The notes beneath the pieces were generated by a model. That model was not told where the DNA came from, did not search any database, and saw only the letters and a program-made list of their open reading frames with translations. Shown here piece after piece: positions 1 to 12,905 of a stretch of DNA of 64,000 bases (position 1 is the stretch's first letter; the number at the start of each line of letters is the position of its first letter). The translations under genes were made by a program, and so were the position numbers. Source of the stretch: Squalus acanthias. Its lineage: Eukaryota. The DNA lies in the NCBI GenBank assembly GCA_030390025.1, contig CM059432.1:148306001-148370000 (forward strand), read 5' to 3'.

Positions 1-318
1 TTCCGCAAAGCGGTCACCCAATCTGCGTTTGGTCTCCCCAATGTAGAGGAGACTGCATCGTGAGCAGCGAATACAGTATACTAAATTGCAAGAAGTACAA
101 GTAAATCGCTGTTTCACCTGGAAGGAGTGTTTGGGGCCCTGGACGGTGGGAAGGGGGGAGGTAAAAGGGCAGGTGTTGCATCTCCTGCGCTTGCACGGGA
201 AGGTACCGGGCGAAAGGGGAAGTGGTGTTGGGGGTGATAGAGGAGTGGACCAGGGTGTCGCGGAGGGAGCGGTCCCTACTGAATGCTGAAAGGGGAGGTG
301 AGGGGAAGATTGTCTCTA
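1..318 (-). mobile_element. Penelope-like element fragment encoding a degenerate GIY-YIG endonuclease region (runs off the window start)
   Basis: The minus strand reads PPLSAFSRDRSLRDTLVHS and, after a frameshift, GTFPCKRRRCNTCPF...NLVYCIRCSRCSLLYIGETKRRLGDRFAE. This is the Cys-rich linker plus the VY..YIGET GIY-YIG motif of PLEs. Confidence 0.85.
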
Positions 319-540
319 ACTGATGGCTATGTAAAATGGAGAGTCTCAAGCCAGTTTTACATAAGAACAAAGGAAAAGACAAAGACAAGAGGGCCATTAT
401 AGCATCCATCCTAATTTATAGGTATTGTAATCTAATGGTTATGGTACTTGACTATTGATCAAATTGAGTTCAAATCTCAGCATAGTCCGTTGTAGAATTG
501 AACTCAATAAATCTGATAATTTGGGCTGGCTGCTGAAAAA

Positions 541-624
541 GAGGAAGGAGCGATAGTTCCGAAAGCTTGTGATTTCAAATAAAACTGTTGGACTATAACC
601 TGGTGTTGTGCGACCTCTCAATTT
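541..624 (+). mobile_element. 84-bp 5'-truncated Penelope pLTR end with 10-bp TSD
   Basis: Nearly identical to 13219-13305. Flanked by TGCTGAAAAA at 531-540 and 625-634. Confidence 0.8.
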
Positions 625-976
625 TGCTGAAAAATAACCATGAAAGCTGTTAGCACAGACTAATTATATGTACATTTCTTGGAGCTGATTGGTTAAATTT
701 CATATTTGTAAATTAGAGATAACTCAAAACTCAGTGACTGAAATAAGTCACAAATATCTGCCAATCAAAAAGTACAAAGTGGATCAATCAAATTGCTTTT
801 GTAAAAGTCCTTTCAGAACTCAGTAATTATAAAGAGTATTGAAAATCTGCCAAATAAAGAAATAAACTGAACCAATCAAATTGCTAAACAATTTCCTTCA
901 AAAATCTTTTGTCTGCCATTTTACCTGTGTACAAACTAAAATATCCAGAGTTCAAAAATAAGCTACCTTACATCAT

Positions 977-1673
977 GGCCCAGAAGTTATTGTCAAAATA
1001 ATGGTGAGGCTAATAGCGCTCACCGTTATTTATGCGCAAATCGCACAGCAACTTCAGGCAAGGGCAGATGTGGGATTAAAAGGGAAAATCTGGAAGTTGC
1101 TCTCAGAGTTGCACCGCTCCGCTGTTAGCTTCCCGAAAATGGCATCTCGCTGTCTGCTCCCCATTCAAATGGCGTGAAGTTCCTGTACTTGCATGGTACT
1201 TACAAAACAAACTCACCACAGAAAGATAGGGCTTGTCCAAGTACACTTTTTAACTGCATTATAAGTCTTTATTTCTGCCAAACAACCTCTATGGCACTGA
1301 AAATTAACTATTACAAGTGTGGAGTCTCATTCCCTCAGCTTTTAATTGTTGTTGGAGAATTTTTTTTAATGCTAATTGATTTTTTTTTACCTTTTCTTTC
1401 TGTCTCTTTGTTTCTCTTTCTGTACCTGATTTGACTTTGATTTCAATATTCAAACTTACACTTCCTGGTTCAGACTCTGCTTGCTCATTATCGATTCTTC
1501 AATCTGATTGGTTATGGAGATGCACAGTTACTTGCCCTGTTCACACAGATCCCAGACGCCCTGTAGCAGGCGCTGCACCATTTTGATCTCCCACTTGCAG
1601 CAACTTCTGTTGCAAGATCTCAAGCACATTAAACGGGCGCCATTCGTTTACCGGCTACAATAAATTCTGGCCC
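977..1673. mobile_element. Harbinger-type MITE, degenerate (~700 bp)
   Basis: Left end GGCCCAGAAGTTATTG versus reverse complement of the right end GGGCCAGAATTTATTG (14/16). Flanks are CAT/AAT. No ORF. Confidence 0.65.
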
Positions 1674-1998
1674 AATGAATATTTTAAAAATGCATTTCAC
1701 AATGACATGATTAAACTAATCTGCAGAATTCTTTTTTGTGCCTTGCATTACCTTTATTAACATTTTTGTTTGGAGGCCCCAGCTAATCTCCAAAGCCTGG
1801 GATTGGGTTTGATGTTCTTGCCACAATTATTACTCTGTCAGCTGAAGGGAGTTATTAACTGATCCCATGCCTGCCATTCCCTGAATTCTGTAGTTTGAGC
1901 ATGTGCACTGCAGAGAATATCCCAAGGTACATCAATATGATTCTTTCAGTCATGCTGCATGCTGTTCTTCAGCTGGTAACAGAGTTTATCCATTTATT

Positions 1999-2340
1999 GA
2001 GACAGCAGCTGTTGCTAATGATTCTGCTATTGCCATTTACACCTCCTCTAGACCCATCTTCTGTTTCTTTACTTGTCCCAATACCATCCCCTTTTGCCTT
2101 GCACCATCATCCCTCCCGCCTTCCATCCTATCACAGACCTTCCCTTTTGTCCTTTCCCGGCCCCTACACTTGCTTAAAACCTGTTACATCTCCAACTTTT
2201 TCCAGTTCTGACGAAGGGTCATCGACCTGAAACGTTAACTCTGTTTCTCTCTCCACAGATGCTGCCTGACCTGCTGAGTATTTCCAGCATTCTCTGTTTT
2301 TATTTCAGATTTCCAGCATCCGCAGTATTTTGCTTTTGTG
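1999..2340 (+). mobile_element. Penelope pLTR-derived short insertion with 13-bp TSD
   Basis: TTATCCATTTATT at 1986-1998 and 2341-2353. The 3' part is homologous to the reverse complement of the 37117-37689 element. Confidence 0.8.
2204..2240 (+). ncRNA. Minimal type I hammerhead ribozyme motif (Penelope-associated)
   Basis: agtt-CTGACGA-ag-ggtc atc gacc t-GAAAC-GTT-aact: helix I agtt/aact, helix II ggtc/gacc, palindromic helix III ACGT. Confidence 0.75.
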
Positions 2341-2842
2341 TTATCCATTTATTTGTTTTTTAAAAAACAGTAAAATTGTGTGCAATTCCTGTTTGTCCTT
2401 CACACTTCTTGTGTCTCACTTTGGGCATAACATTTCCTTCAATTCAAACTTCTTCCTGCTGATAGATTCACATTTCATACTCCTGAAAGAGCAATAAACC
2501 AGAAGCCTGTACATTGAGCAGCGAAGAAAATCTACCAATATAAAATTGAGCAAACCAAATTGCTCGAAATATTTTTTCAAAATATTTTTCCTTCCCACAT
2601 TTTTCTTCTTTCAGCCGCAATGGGCAGGTAAAATCAAGTTTGTAACATAATAAAGACATTAAAAAGTTACATATTTCACAATAGCAGGATTAAACACGCG
2701 TTTAAAAATGTATTTTGTGTCTTTGAGTACCTTCATTAATGTTTTTACTTAGAGGCCTCAGAAAAGCCGTGGGTTGGCGTTGATATTCATCCTAGAGTTA
2801 TCATCCTGTCAACTGAAGAAAGATAACAACTGTCAGAATGTT

Positions 2843-4857
2843 GGACCTGGAGTTTCCTCCTTGGCCGCAACCCGAAAATGCCCCCAATATTGCGTCCATT
2901 TTGCCAATGTCAAGTTGCACCCAAGAATCCTCCCAATCTCATCAGAACACACCCTAACTTAAAATGGGTGTAAATGGGCACAACTCAGAGTAAACAATCG
3001 GGGCCCAAGAGAAAGGACCAACCCACACCTGTATATTTCATCTTTGAGCCTTAAATTTAAGGTTCAGCTCATTTAACCATCATTTATGCACATCAGGCAC
3101 AGGGTGTTTCAGAACCTGCAATCAGAGAAGCTTTTCAATTTTTATTGTGGCTTATAATTATGCCATAAACATTCATTATAAGAAACAGAAAATACAGTGA
3201 GGATCTTTTTTTTTTAAATGCTCAAAAAATTGCAATTCAAAGACCAGAAAAGTGATCTTGTTTCCTGCTGCATCTTTATATCTGGTTGCAATGTTTAGAG
3301 ACCCCCCACCTCCACCAACCCCGAGTAAGCGCAATTGGAGGATACTGCTCACTGATGCCCAGTTCGGGTTCCGCCAAGACCACTCGGCTCCTGACCTCAT
3401 TACAGCCTTGGTCCAAACATGGACAAAGGAGCTGAATTCCAGAGGTGAGGTGAGAGTGACTGCCCTTGACATCAAGGCAGCATTTGACCGAGTGTGGCAT
3501 CAAGGAGCCCTAGTAAAACTGAAGTCAATGGGAATCGGGGGGAAAACTCTCCACTGGCTGGAGTCATACCTAGCACAAAGGAAGGTGGTTGTGGTGGCTG
3601 AAGGTCAATCATCACAGCCCCAGGACATTGCAGCAGGAGTTCCTCAGGGCAGTGTCCTAGGCCCAACCATCTTCAGCTGCTTCATCAATGACCTTCCCTC
3701 CAACATAAGGTCAGAAATGGGGATGTTTGCTGATGACTGCACAGTGTTCAGTGCCATTCACAACTCTTCAGATAATGAAGCAGTCCATGCCCGCATGTAG
3801 CAAGACCTGGACAACGTTCAGGCTTGGGCTGATAAGTGGCAGGTAACATTCGCGCCACAGAAGTGCCAGGCAATGACTATCTCCAACAAGAGAGAGTCTA
3901 ACCACTGCCCCTTGACATTCAATGGCATTACCATCGCCGAATCCACCACCATCAATATCCTGGGGGTCACCATTAACCAGAAACTTAACTGGACCAGCCA
4001 CATTAATACTGTGGCAACAAGAGCAGGTCAGAGGCTAGGTATTCTGCGGCGAGTGTCTCACCTCCTGACTCCCCAAAGTCTTTCCATCATCTACAAGACA
4101 CAAGTAAGGAGTGTGATGGAATACTCTCCACTTGCCTGGATGAGTGCAGCTCCAACAACACTCAAGAAGCTCGACACCATCCAGGACAAAGCAGCCCGCT
4201 TGATTGGCACCCCATCCGCCACCTTAAACATTCACTCCCTCCACCACTGGTGCACCGTGGCTGCAGTGTGTACCATCTACAAGATGCACTGCAGCAACTC
4301 GCCAAGGCTTCTTCGGCAGCACCTCCCAAACCCGCGACCTCTTCCACCTAGAAGGACAAGGGCAGCAGGTGCATGGGAACACCACCACCTCCAAGTTCCC
4401 GTCCAAGTCACACACCATCCTGACTTGGAAGTATATCGCCGATCCTTCATCATCGCTGGGTGAAAATCCTGGAACTCCCTCCCCAACAGCACTGTGGGAG
4501 TTCCTTCACCACACGGACTACAGCAGTTCAAGAAGGCGGCTCACCACCACCTTCTCAAGGGGCAACTAGGGATGGGCAATAAATGCTGGCCTTGCCAGCG
4601 ACTCCCTCATCCCATAAACGAATAAAAAAAAACTAGAATTTGAAAGTTGGGGGAGTTGCCAGTTTTGTGGGTGGAGATTCGTTTGGATGAAGTGTTTGAT
4701 AGACAGACGTAAAAGATCGAGGCGACTTGGGCATACTGTAGTTACGTGCCCTAAACTCATTTACATCCAAATTTCCGTGATCTTTTAAACCACACAGTTG
4801 ATTTGCACCTAGATGATTGGTGTATCTGGGTGCAAATGTGGAGGAAACTCCAGGCCC
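2843..4857. mobile_element. MITE (~700 bp net) split by a LINE insertion
   Basis: GGACCTGGAGTTTCCTCC at 2843 matches the reverse complement of 4840-4857 at 17/18. No clear TSD. Confidence 0.6.
3341..4632 (+). mobile_element. CR1-group LINE, 5'-truncated, RT pseudogene
   Basis: QFGFR, ALDIKAAFDRVWH, GVPQGSVLGP and FADD motifs in ORF 3252-3800, continuing in ORF 3873-4463 after a stop. A-rich tail at ~4620-4632. Confidence 0.9.
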
Positions 4858-4959
4858 AGCAGTTTCACCATGTGCAGTGCAGCAATCTTCCTGTATACAT
4901 CAGTATGATTCATTGTAATTACTCAAAGTGTGTCTTCCCTCAGGCTGCAGCAGTAATGT

Positions 4960-5772
4960 GGGCTGAATCTGAACTCCCGAAAATGGGTGGGTTGTGGTTG
5001 GGTCAGAAATTAAAATTCAAAAAATCTGAAACAGGAACCCAACCCGCCTTGAACCCGGCCACTTTCAGTTTTATCGGAGGTGGGGCGAGAGGTGGGCGAC
5101 CAACCTGCTTGCATTTTAAACTCATGTCGGGCAAGTTTTGCAGGTTTCAGGAAAGCCGACAGGTGAAAGGAGGCGAGAAGGGCTGAATCCATGAGGAAAG
5201 TGCCTTGACAGCCCAGCTTGTGGGCCAGAGGAGCACCACCCACAGCAATCTGTATGTTTCCCCACGCCCCCCCGCCACAATCGGACCCGTCTGACCACCA
5301 TTGGACACCTCCCCCTCGATCGGCCCCCTGACCAACTTCGGACCCCCCCCGAACCACCATTAAAATCCCCCCCGAACTACCATCGGAGCCCCCTTAATCG
5401 GGATCACCCTCAACCGGATCGTCTTCCCCCCCGCGATCGGGACCCACACTCCCACGACTTGGACCACCCCTCCTCCCCTGCGAAATGTAACCCCCCCCCC
5501 GCCAAACGATTGTGACTCACCTGGTGATCAGAACCCTCCCCTCCGTGATCAAACTCCCCCCCCCGCCCTCATCCGCATGATCTCTCCCACCCACCCACTA
5601 GACATACCTGCTGAGTGTGGCTATGGCCTTGTACTGCAGGCTTCCCTGCCCGACAGGCCTCCAGCCTATCAATCAGGTTGGCTGTGGACAGGAAATCGAC
5701 AGAAAAAAAATTAAAGTCGTCCTGCGGTTAAAAACGGAAGAACGCGTTTCCCAACCTCTAAACAGCAGTCCC
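4960..5772. mobile_element. Degenerate GC-rich MITE-like remnant with C-rich diverged tandem repeats
   Basis: Starts GGGCTGAAT like other MITE ends in the window and has CCCGCC subterminal motifs. The right end is not well resolved. Confidence 0.4.
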
Positions 5773-6916
5773 ACCACCCCACCGCCCCCCCCCCCCCCCC
5801 CCACCCCCAACTGCATGAGTTCATTTGTTTTCCAAATGACTTAAAAGCAAATCAGGCCATGACCTTTAGAACTCTATTTTTGAAGTACAGTCTGACAGAG
5901 AATCCAACTATTGTCAGCTGTCAACAAAATTAACAAACTTTCTTATCTATAATTTATATCTACATCTTCCTTTGCAAAGCTCAATAACTATGAACCCTTT
6001 CAAATGTCAGGAACTTGTTTGTTTCCTTTCCGGAACCTCTTCGAGTTTGAGAGCAGAGCAGATGAGCGGGGATTCAGCTGGCCGTGATACTACACCGGCT
6101 CCGACAGAGATGAAGACCAAGAGGACTCGCAACCTTTTCCAATAAAATAAAAACACCAGGGCTCAGTTCTCGGGACTGATCGAAACAAGGTTCAATAACG
6201 ATTTGCACTCCACTGAGGCTATCTGTTTCTGATTAGGCTAACATGCAGTACTGAGTGCCTTCAGCCCCTGAATTTCCATTGCCCTCCTGCCCCAACCTTC
6301 TTCCACCCCACACGTCGAGGATACAACAACCCCGTGGACAATCAGCAGCCATGTGAATTGGCAGGCACTGTGCAAAATGGTCCCTCAACAACTGGGATGT
6401 GAAAGCCAAAGACTGCTGAATATATTTAAGCCTTTGTGTAACACTAATCCCAAATACAGCAATTGCTTTTCTTTTCCTCTGTTACAGACACAGTAAAAGG
6501 AGGACTTGAAAGGAAACAAATCAAAGCTCAGTGGTTCGGGTAACACAATATAAATCTTATACTTTGTGTGTGTGTGTTTTTTTTTCCCCCATTGGGAAAA
6601 TTAGCAGGAATTTAGAGACTGCTATTCATCCCTTTGATTTTTTTTTATTGAGGCGACAACATCCATTGTGCCAATAGTTAAATACAAATATACAAAAAGA
6701 ACAGGGAAAGACGATCTGGTTCATCAAACCCACCTAATCCAAACATGCACCCTTGACCCACACCTTAATCTTCTGAAAGAAGCAAAATGTCAGAGGAAAA
6801 TACTTGAGGCTGATTTCGGAAAACTTCTGGGAAATTCCTCTCCAGCTCCTTAAGTCAAGGAGGCAGGCTCCAGTAGACCACAGTAAGTCGTGAATCTCAG
6901 TTGTTCCCACAACTTA

Positions 6917-7741
6917 GGGCGCGATTTTGCCAGCCCTGGGGAGGCGGGACTGCCGGGAAAATGGCAGAATCTGGGGGCGGATGCCCATCCCGCCCCCGTG
7001 CCATCTTCCCAGGAGGCGGGTACCCGACCCGCGCCGGGTCCCGTCTCCTCGAGGCGGGAAGGGGATTAGTGCCAATTAACTGCCTATTAACAGGTAGTTA
7101 ACAGGCAGTTTTTTGGAGAATCCCTATTTTGAGCCCTGAAGTGTGGGCTTCCCGACGGCTCCGAACCTCGCCAGGGTCAGCGAGGCGGGCCGTCGGTCTG
7201 CGGGGGTCTGCGAGGGTCGGAGATGTCCGGTGTTCAGGTGAGTGATGGGTGCATGTGTGCAGAGGTAAGTGTGTGAGGTGAGTGTAAAGTGTTTCAATAA
7301 GTTTTACTTACCTTTACTTCTTCCTGCAGGCTTCCTCCCTTCAGGTCTTGGGAGTCCCTCAGCTCACCGGCACAGAAAGCAGAATGGCCGCTGAACTGTC
7401 AAAAGCTGCAGCCTTCTGTTTTCTGCTCAGGAGAGTTCTCTAATTGAGTCTGAGTGGAAGGACTCCAGTTAGAGGACAGATTGTCAGTGTTTGACAGCTT
7501 CACAGAGCCGTCAAACGATGACATTTCATCTGTCAAAAACTCTTGACAGATGAAACGTCACTCGCTGATGTCACCAGTAACCGGCTTCCCCTTAATTGGC
7601 CGGCTAAACTCGCTGGGCGGGCTTAACAAGGTCAATCAAGGGAAAATAGCATGGGTTGGCCACAAGTCGATGGAGGCGGGACTAAAACCTGACAAGTGGG
7701 AGTCCCGCCTCCAAGTGCTCCCCATTGACAAAATCCATCCC
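6917..7741. mobile_element. Harbinger-type MITE (825 bp), TTA TSD
   Basis: TTA|GGGCGCGATTTTG ... CAAAATCCATCCC|TTA. Homologous along its length to 32301-33020. Confidence 0.85.
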
Positions 7742-8000
7742 TTACTCTCTACAATTTAAAATACACTGCTCCCTTTTGTAGGACTGCAAGGAATCCATAC
7801 TCAAGCATCTTGGGACTTTTTACTATGTCAAAGGTGCTATATAATTGCAAGTTGTTGTTGTTAATTCACATTTCAGTAATCTGTCACATAGGGTGATGAC
7901 AAAAATACTTCCAGTCATCTAACCAAAGTCTGTCTCCATATTTTATACTCATGCTCCATGGTTTCCCATCCCTATCCAACTCAAGTAACCTATGCCCATA

Positions 8001-8355
8001 GGTGTCAGCCTTGCCTCAGTGGTAGCACTCTAACCTCTGAGTCAGAAGGTTCTGGGTAAAAGCCATACTTCAAAGACTTGAGCACATCATTTAGGCTGAC
8101 ACTTCAGCGCAGTACTGAGGGAGTGCTGCACTGTCGAAGATTAAACAATTTGAAGAAGTACAGTGGAGTATTATCCCTCAACTGACAACACCAAAAACAG
8201 ATGACCTGGTCATTATGTCTTCTTTATTTGTGTGACCTGTGTGAAAATTAACTGCTGTGTTTTCCTACATGGCAACAGTGATTTCATTGACTATGAACCA
8301 CTTTGAAACATCCTAAGGATGTGAAAGGCGCTAATATCAATGTATTTCTTTCCTT
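8001..8355 (+). mobile_element. tRNA-derived DeuSINE/SacSINE1-like SINE, degenerate
   Basis: tRNA-like head (ctcagtggtagcactc...gaaggttctggg), Deu-like core and L2-like tail (ggcgcta..aaatg). Homologous to the reverse complement of 36305-36762. Confidence 0.7.
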
Positions 8356-8654
8356 TCTATTCAATTAGACAGAATCTAATCCATTCATCTTTCCGAAAAC
8401 TTCAGTCATAATTCCTTCTAAACCTGCATGACTCCATTGAATATAGCTCCAACTCTGGAGCCTATCCTGATAACTACAAGACCCGAGACTGGATATGGGT
8501 TTGTTTTTCCTCGGTTGTGCCTTCTCCTGAGCCTTATATGAATGTAAATGAGGGGTCGAGTGCCTGTATTAGGTCTCCTTGCAGAAATTGGTTTGGATTG
8601 AGCAGAGCAAGTGCTGGGACTGCTGTGCTCAGACTTCTTCAATGGCCGGCCGCA

Positions 8655-9395
8655 TGTGAGCTTTTTATTTCGACTGGCATTAAATTGACAGCAAGAACAA
8701 TTCTTTTGAAACAATTTGGAATAAGTTTATTAAACACACAAACTCATGCAAATTTATTAAACACACACACTCATGCACATCAAAACAATAGCCTACTGGT
8801 ATTTATGGACTCTACTCGATTACAACACGTAAGGTAATGGGTTAGATTTACACAGACTGGTACTTCCCTGAGTCAAGCAATGCACTTGGCCTTTTTCCTT
8901 GCTTCTTGGTCTGGTCTGTAGAGGGAGAGCTTCTTGTTTTTCTACGTGGTCGTCCAGAGAGAGAGAGAGAGAGAGTCTTTGGGTTCCTTGTTTTATATCT
9001 TTTTAAGTCCATTGTCTCTAGTCTAAATTCCTAAGACCCCAGGATTGGGTCTTAGATTCATGGCAGTTCTTGATTGGCTTTCTTTGAACATGTGTCTGTC
9101 TGCAGTGGCTGGGGCCATTTCTTGCTTAAGTTAATTGTTTGTTGACACCTTTTCGTGGCTCCTGAGTTTCGATGGTGAGTTTCGATGGTGAGTTTCGATG
9201 GTGAGTTTCGATGGTGAGTTTCGATGGTGTCTCTGTGGGGGGTTATCCTGTTATGCAGGTTTCCTTTGTTAAGTTTTGCGCCGTTGCCTTACCCAGGGGA
9301 GATCCATACACATCAAATTTATCTTTATTACATACATCTTATATTAATAGTCTCGAGTCCATCACACATACAAAACTTATATTTTTATTCTTACA
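8655..9395 (-). mobile_element. Solo LTR (741 bp)
   Basis: TGTGAG...CTTACA termini, flanks CGCA/CGCT. The minus strand has TATAAAA (~8991-8997), then (CT)n, then AATAAA (~8726-8731). Confidence 0.65.
9164..9228. repeat. Perfect 13-bp tandem repeat (GAGTTTCGATGGT)x5 inside the solo LTR
   Basis: Five exact copies read directly. Confidence 0.95.
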
Positions 9396-9576
9396 CGCTG
9401 CTGCCCAAGAAATGTTCCTGTGGTGCCAGGAGAAGCAGGAGTGATTGTCCGACTTCACATTCCTCATGTTTACTCTCCCCACCCCCTCCCATTGCAACTT
9501 CAACTCCCCTCTCAAGCCTTACCTTTGGGCCATTGGCACTGAGGCAACCGGTCCGATATTCATCTTTCAGCAAAGA

Positions 9577-10990
9577 CCGCGGGCCCCGACAACATTCCAG
9601 CTGTTGTGCTGAAGACCTGTGCTCCAGAACTAGCTGCGCCTCTAGCTAAGCTTTGCCAGCACCGCTACAACACTGGCATCTACCTGACAATGTGTAAAAT
9701 TGCCCAGTTATGTCCAGTCCACAAAATGCAGGACAAATCCAAACTGGCCAATTACCATCCTATTAGCCTACTTCAAATCAGCAAAGTGATGGAAGGAGTC
9801 GTCGACAGTGCTATCAAGCGGCATTTACTCACTAATAACCTGCTCACAGATGCCCAGTTTGGGTTCTGCCAGGACCACTCAGCTACAGACCTCATTACAG
9901 CCGTGGTCCAAACATGGACAAAAGAGCTGAATTCCAGGGGTGAGGTGAGAGTGACTGCCCTTGATCAAGGCAGCATTTGACCAAGTGTGGCATCAAGGAG
10001 CCCGAGTAAAACTGAAGACAATGGGGATCAGGGAAAAAATTCTCCACTGGCTGGAGTCACACCTACCACAAAGGAAGATAGTTGTGGTTGTTGGAAGCCA
10101 ATTATCACAGCCCCAGGACATCGCTGCAGGAGTTCCTCAGGGCCGCGTCCTAGGCCCAACTATCTTCAGCAGCTTCATCAATGACCTTCCCTCCATCATA
10201 AGGTCAGAAGTGGGGATGTTCGCTGATGATTGCACAGCGTTCAGTTCCATTTGCAATTCTTCAGATAATGAAGCAGTCCATTCCCGCATGCAGCAGGGCC
10301 TGGACAACAACCAGGCTTGGGCTGATACTTGTCAAGTAACATTTGTGTGACACAAGTTCTGGGCAGTGACCGTCTCCACCAGAGAAAGACTAACCACACC
10401 CCCTTGACATTCAATGGCATTACCATCGATGAACCAGGTCAGAGGCTGGGTATTCTGTGGTGAATGGCTCACCAACTGACTCCTCAAAGCCTCTTCACCA
10501 CCTACAAAGCAGAAGTCAGGAGTGTGATAGAATACTTGCCTGGATGAGTGCAACTACAACAACACTCAGGAAGGTCAACACCATCCAGGAAGAAGCAGTC
10601 CGCTTGATCGTCAGCACATCCATCAGCTTCAACATCACTCCCCCACCACTGGCACACCGTACCTGCAGTGTATATTATCCACAGGATGCACTGCAGCAAC
10701 TTGCCAAGGCTTCTTCGGCAGCACTTCCAAAACCCACGACCTCTTCCACCTAGAAGGACATGGGCAGCAGGCGCATGGGAACACCATTACCTACAAGGTC
10801 CTCTCCGAGTCACACACCATCCTGACTTGAACATACATCGGCCGATCCTTCATCGTCGCTGGGTCAACATACTGGAACTCCCTCCCTAACAGCACTGTGG
10901 GAGCACCTTCACCACACGGACTGCAGCGGTTCAAAAAAAGGCCCAGCACCAAGTTTTCAAGGGCATAGAGGGATGGGCAGTAAATGCTGC
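9577..10990 (+). mobile_element. CR1-group LINE (same family as 3341-4632), more degenerate
   Basis: ORFs 9606-9980 and 9961-10350 carry the same RT motifs with frameshifts, and the 3' end is shared. Confidence 0.9.
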
Positions 10991-11400
10991 GTAATGTCTG
11001 CATACGGCTGGTTATGGACCCGAAAATCAGCTATAACCAATTTCCATCCCAATATATTGGAACGAGAAAGGCGACAAAAAGCAGTTTCCTGAGGAAATGA
11101 CTAATCACAGGGATAACCTCCAAAAAAAAGAGAAAATTCTAATTTTTTGGTGAGTCCCCAGGTAAATGTCCATGATATTAGTCCAACCTTACAATTCACA
11201 CTTTTCCGCACTGACTAATTGTATATTGCATTCCGTAGATGGTATTTCCATGCCCCAGTGGCAAAGGAGCCCTCGTGTTCTGTAGATTATTTGATCATTC
11301 TCCCTGTCCTTATCCTGACAACCTGCAATCCTGCTCTATAGATCTTTATTAAAGAACTGGATCAATGTAACTCTAATTGCCTTCCCTGGGAATCTATTCT

Positions 11401-11670
11401 ACATATAAGAACATAAGAACATAAGAAATAGGAGCAGGAATAGGCCACTTGGCCCCTCGAGCCTGCTCCGTCGTTCAATAAGATCATGGCTGATCTATCA
11501 ATCAAAAATCTATCAATCTCAGATTTAAAATTAACAATTGATCTAGAATCAATTGCCCTTTGCGGATGAGAGTTCCAAATTTCTACCACCCTTTGTGTGT
11601 AGAAGTGTTTCCTAATTTCACTCCTGAAAGGCCTGGCTCTAATTTTTAGACCATGCTCTTAGGAACATAA
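11401..11670 (-). mobile_element. CR1 (HER1-like) 3' end fragment with internal deletion
   Basis: The minus strand has RVVEIWNS..KSEIDRFL and the (TTCTTATG)n tail. Confidence 0.85.
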
Positions 11671-12110
11671 CCGTCTTCAAATGTCTAGTCTTGCTTGAGA
11701 CTTGTTATACCTCCCAACCCCTGAAGGAAGTGGGATCCCATCTGGGGACCCAGGCCTGCACCCTCGAAAAGGAGCAGGCAATTAAAAAAAAATATATATA
11801 TGTAAAAGTGGCCCCATATAAAAGGGGTCGGATATACATACAAGGATATGTGGCCTCTCCTGGTCTCGTGCACCCCACTCCCCCGCCCCGCCCCCGCCGA
11901 CCACAGTAACCCCTTTCAACGTGGTCAGTGGCAGCGGCCGCAGATGGACACATGCAGGTACTTGTGCTGGAAAGTGGTCCCTGCCCCCCTGCAGATATTC
12001 AGGACCCTGTCTATATCTGCATTGATGCGGAGATGCCGGTGTTGGACTGGGGTGGACAAAATTGAGAGGTCGCACAACACCAGGTTATAGTCCAACAGTT
12101 TTATTTGAAA

Positions 12111-12152
12111 TCACAAGCTTTCGGAGCTATCGATTGCTCCTTCCTCAGGTGA
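12111..12152 (-). ncRNA. Minimal hammerhead ribozyme motif in the inverted pLTR
   Basis: Reverse complement of the motif at 13213-13254. Confidence 0.75.
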
Positions 12153-12217
12153 AGTAAATTAGATACAGAATCGCCAAAGCATATATAGATAGAGAACAAA
12201 GCATGTGTACCTTACAA

Positions 12218-12905
12218 GTTCCGACGGGCCACAGCGAAAAATCGCATAGACCTCCTCAGAAGGCAAACACGGGACACAACCAACAGGGTACCCTACGTCG
12301 TCCAGTACTTCCCCGGAGCGGAGAAACTACGCCATGTTCTTCGCAGCCTTCAACATGTCATCGATGACGACAAACACCTCGCTAAGGCCATCCCCACGCC
12401 TCCACTACTTGCCTTCAAACAGCTGCCTAACCTCAGAAGTACCATCGTTCGCAGCAAATTACCCAGCTTTCAGGATAACAGCGACCACGACACCACACAA
12501 CCCTGCCATGGCAAACTCTGCAAGACATGCCAGATCATCAACACAGATACCACCATCACACGTGAGGACACTACCCACCAGGTACATGGTACATACTCAT
12601 GTGACTCGGCCAACGTTGTCTACCTCATACGTTGCAGGAAAGAATGCGAGACCATGCAGACACTGAGACAACGTATGAACGAGCACCGCGCAACAATCGC
12701 CAGGCAGGATTGTTACCTCCCAGTCGGGGAACACTTCAGCAGTCAAGGACATTCAGCCTCGGATCTGCGGGTAAGCGTTCTCCAAGGCAACCTTAGAAAC
12801 ACACGACAACGCAAAATCATCGAGCAGAAACTGATAGCCAAGTTCCGCACTCATGAAGACGGTCTCAACCGGGATCTTGGGTTTATGTCACGATACATGA
12901 CGTGA
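12218..12905 (+). pseudogene. Penelope ORF C-terminus (GIY-YIG endonuclease) with a deletion removing the YIG motif
   Basis: Reads PPLLAFKQLPNL..PCHGKLCKTC..CDSANVVYLIRCRKEC / ETMQTLRQRMNEHR..VGEHFS..GLNRD. The segment normally containing YIG is absent. Confidence 0.85.

Noticed and set aside
5864..6133. Host coding exon
   Set aside because: There are stops in all frames tested on both strands and no recognisable peptide.
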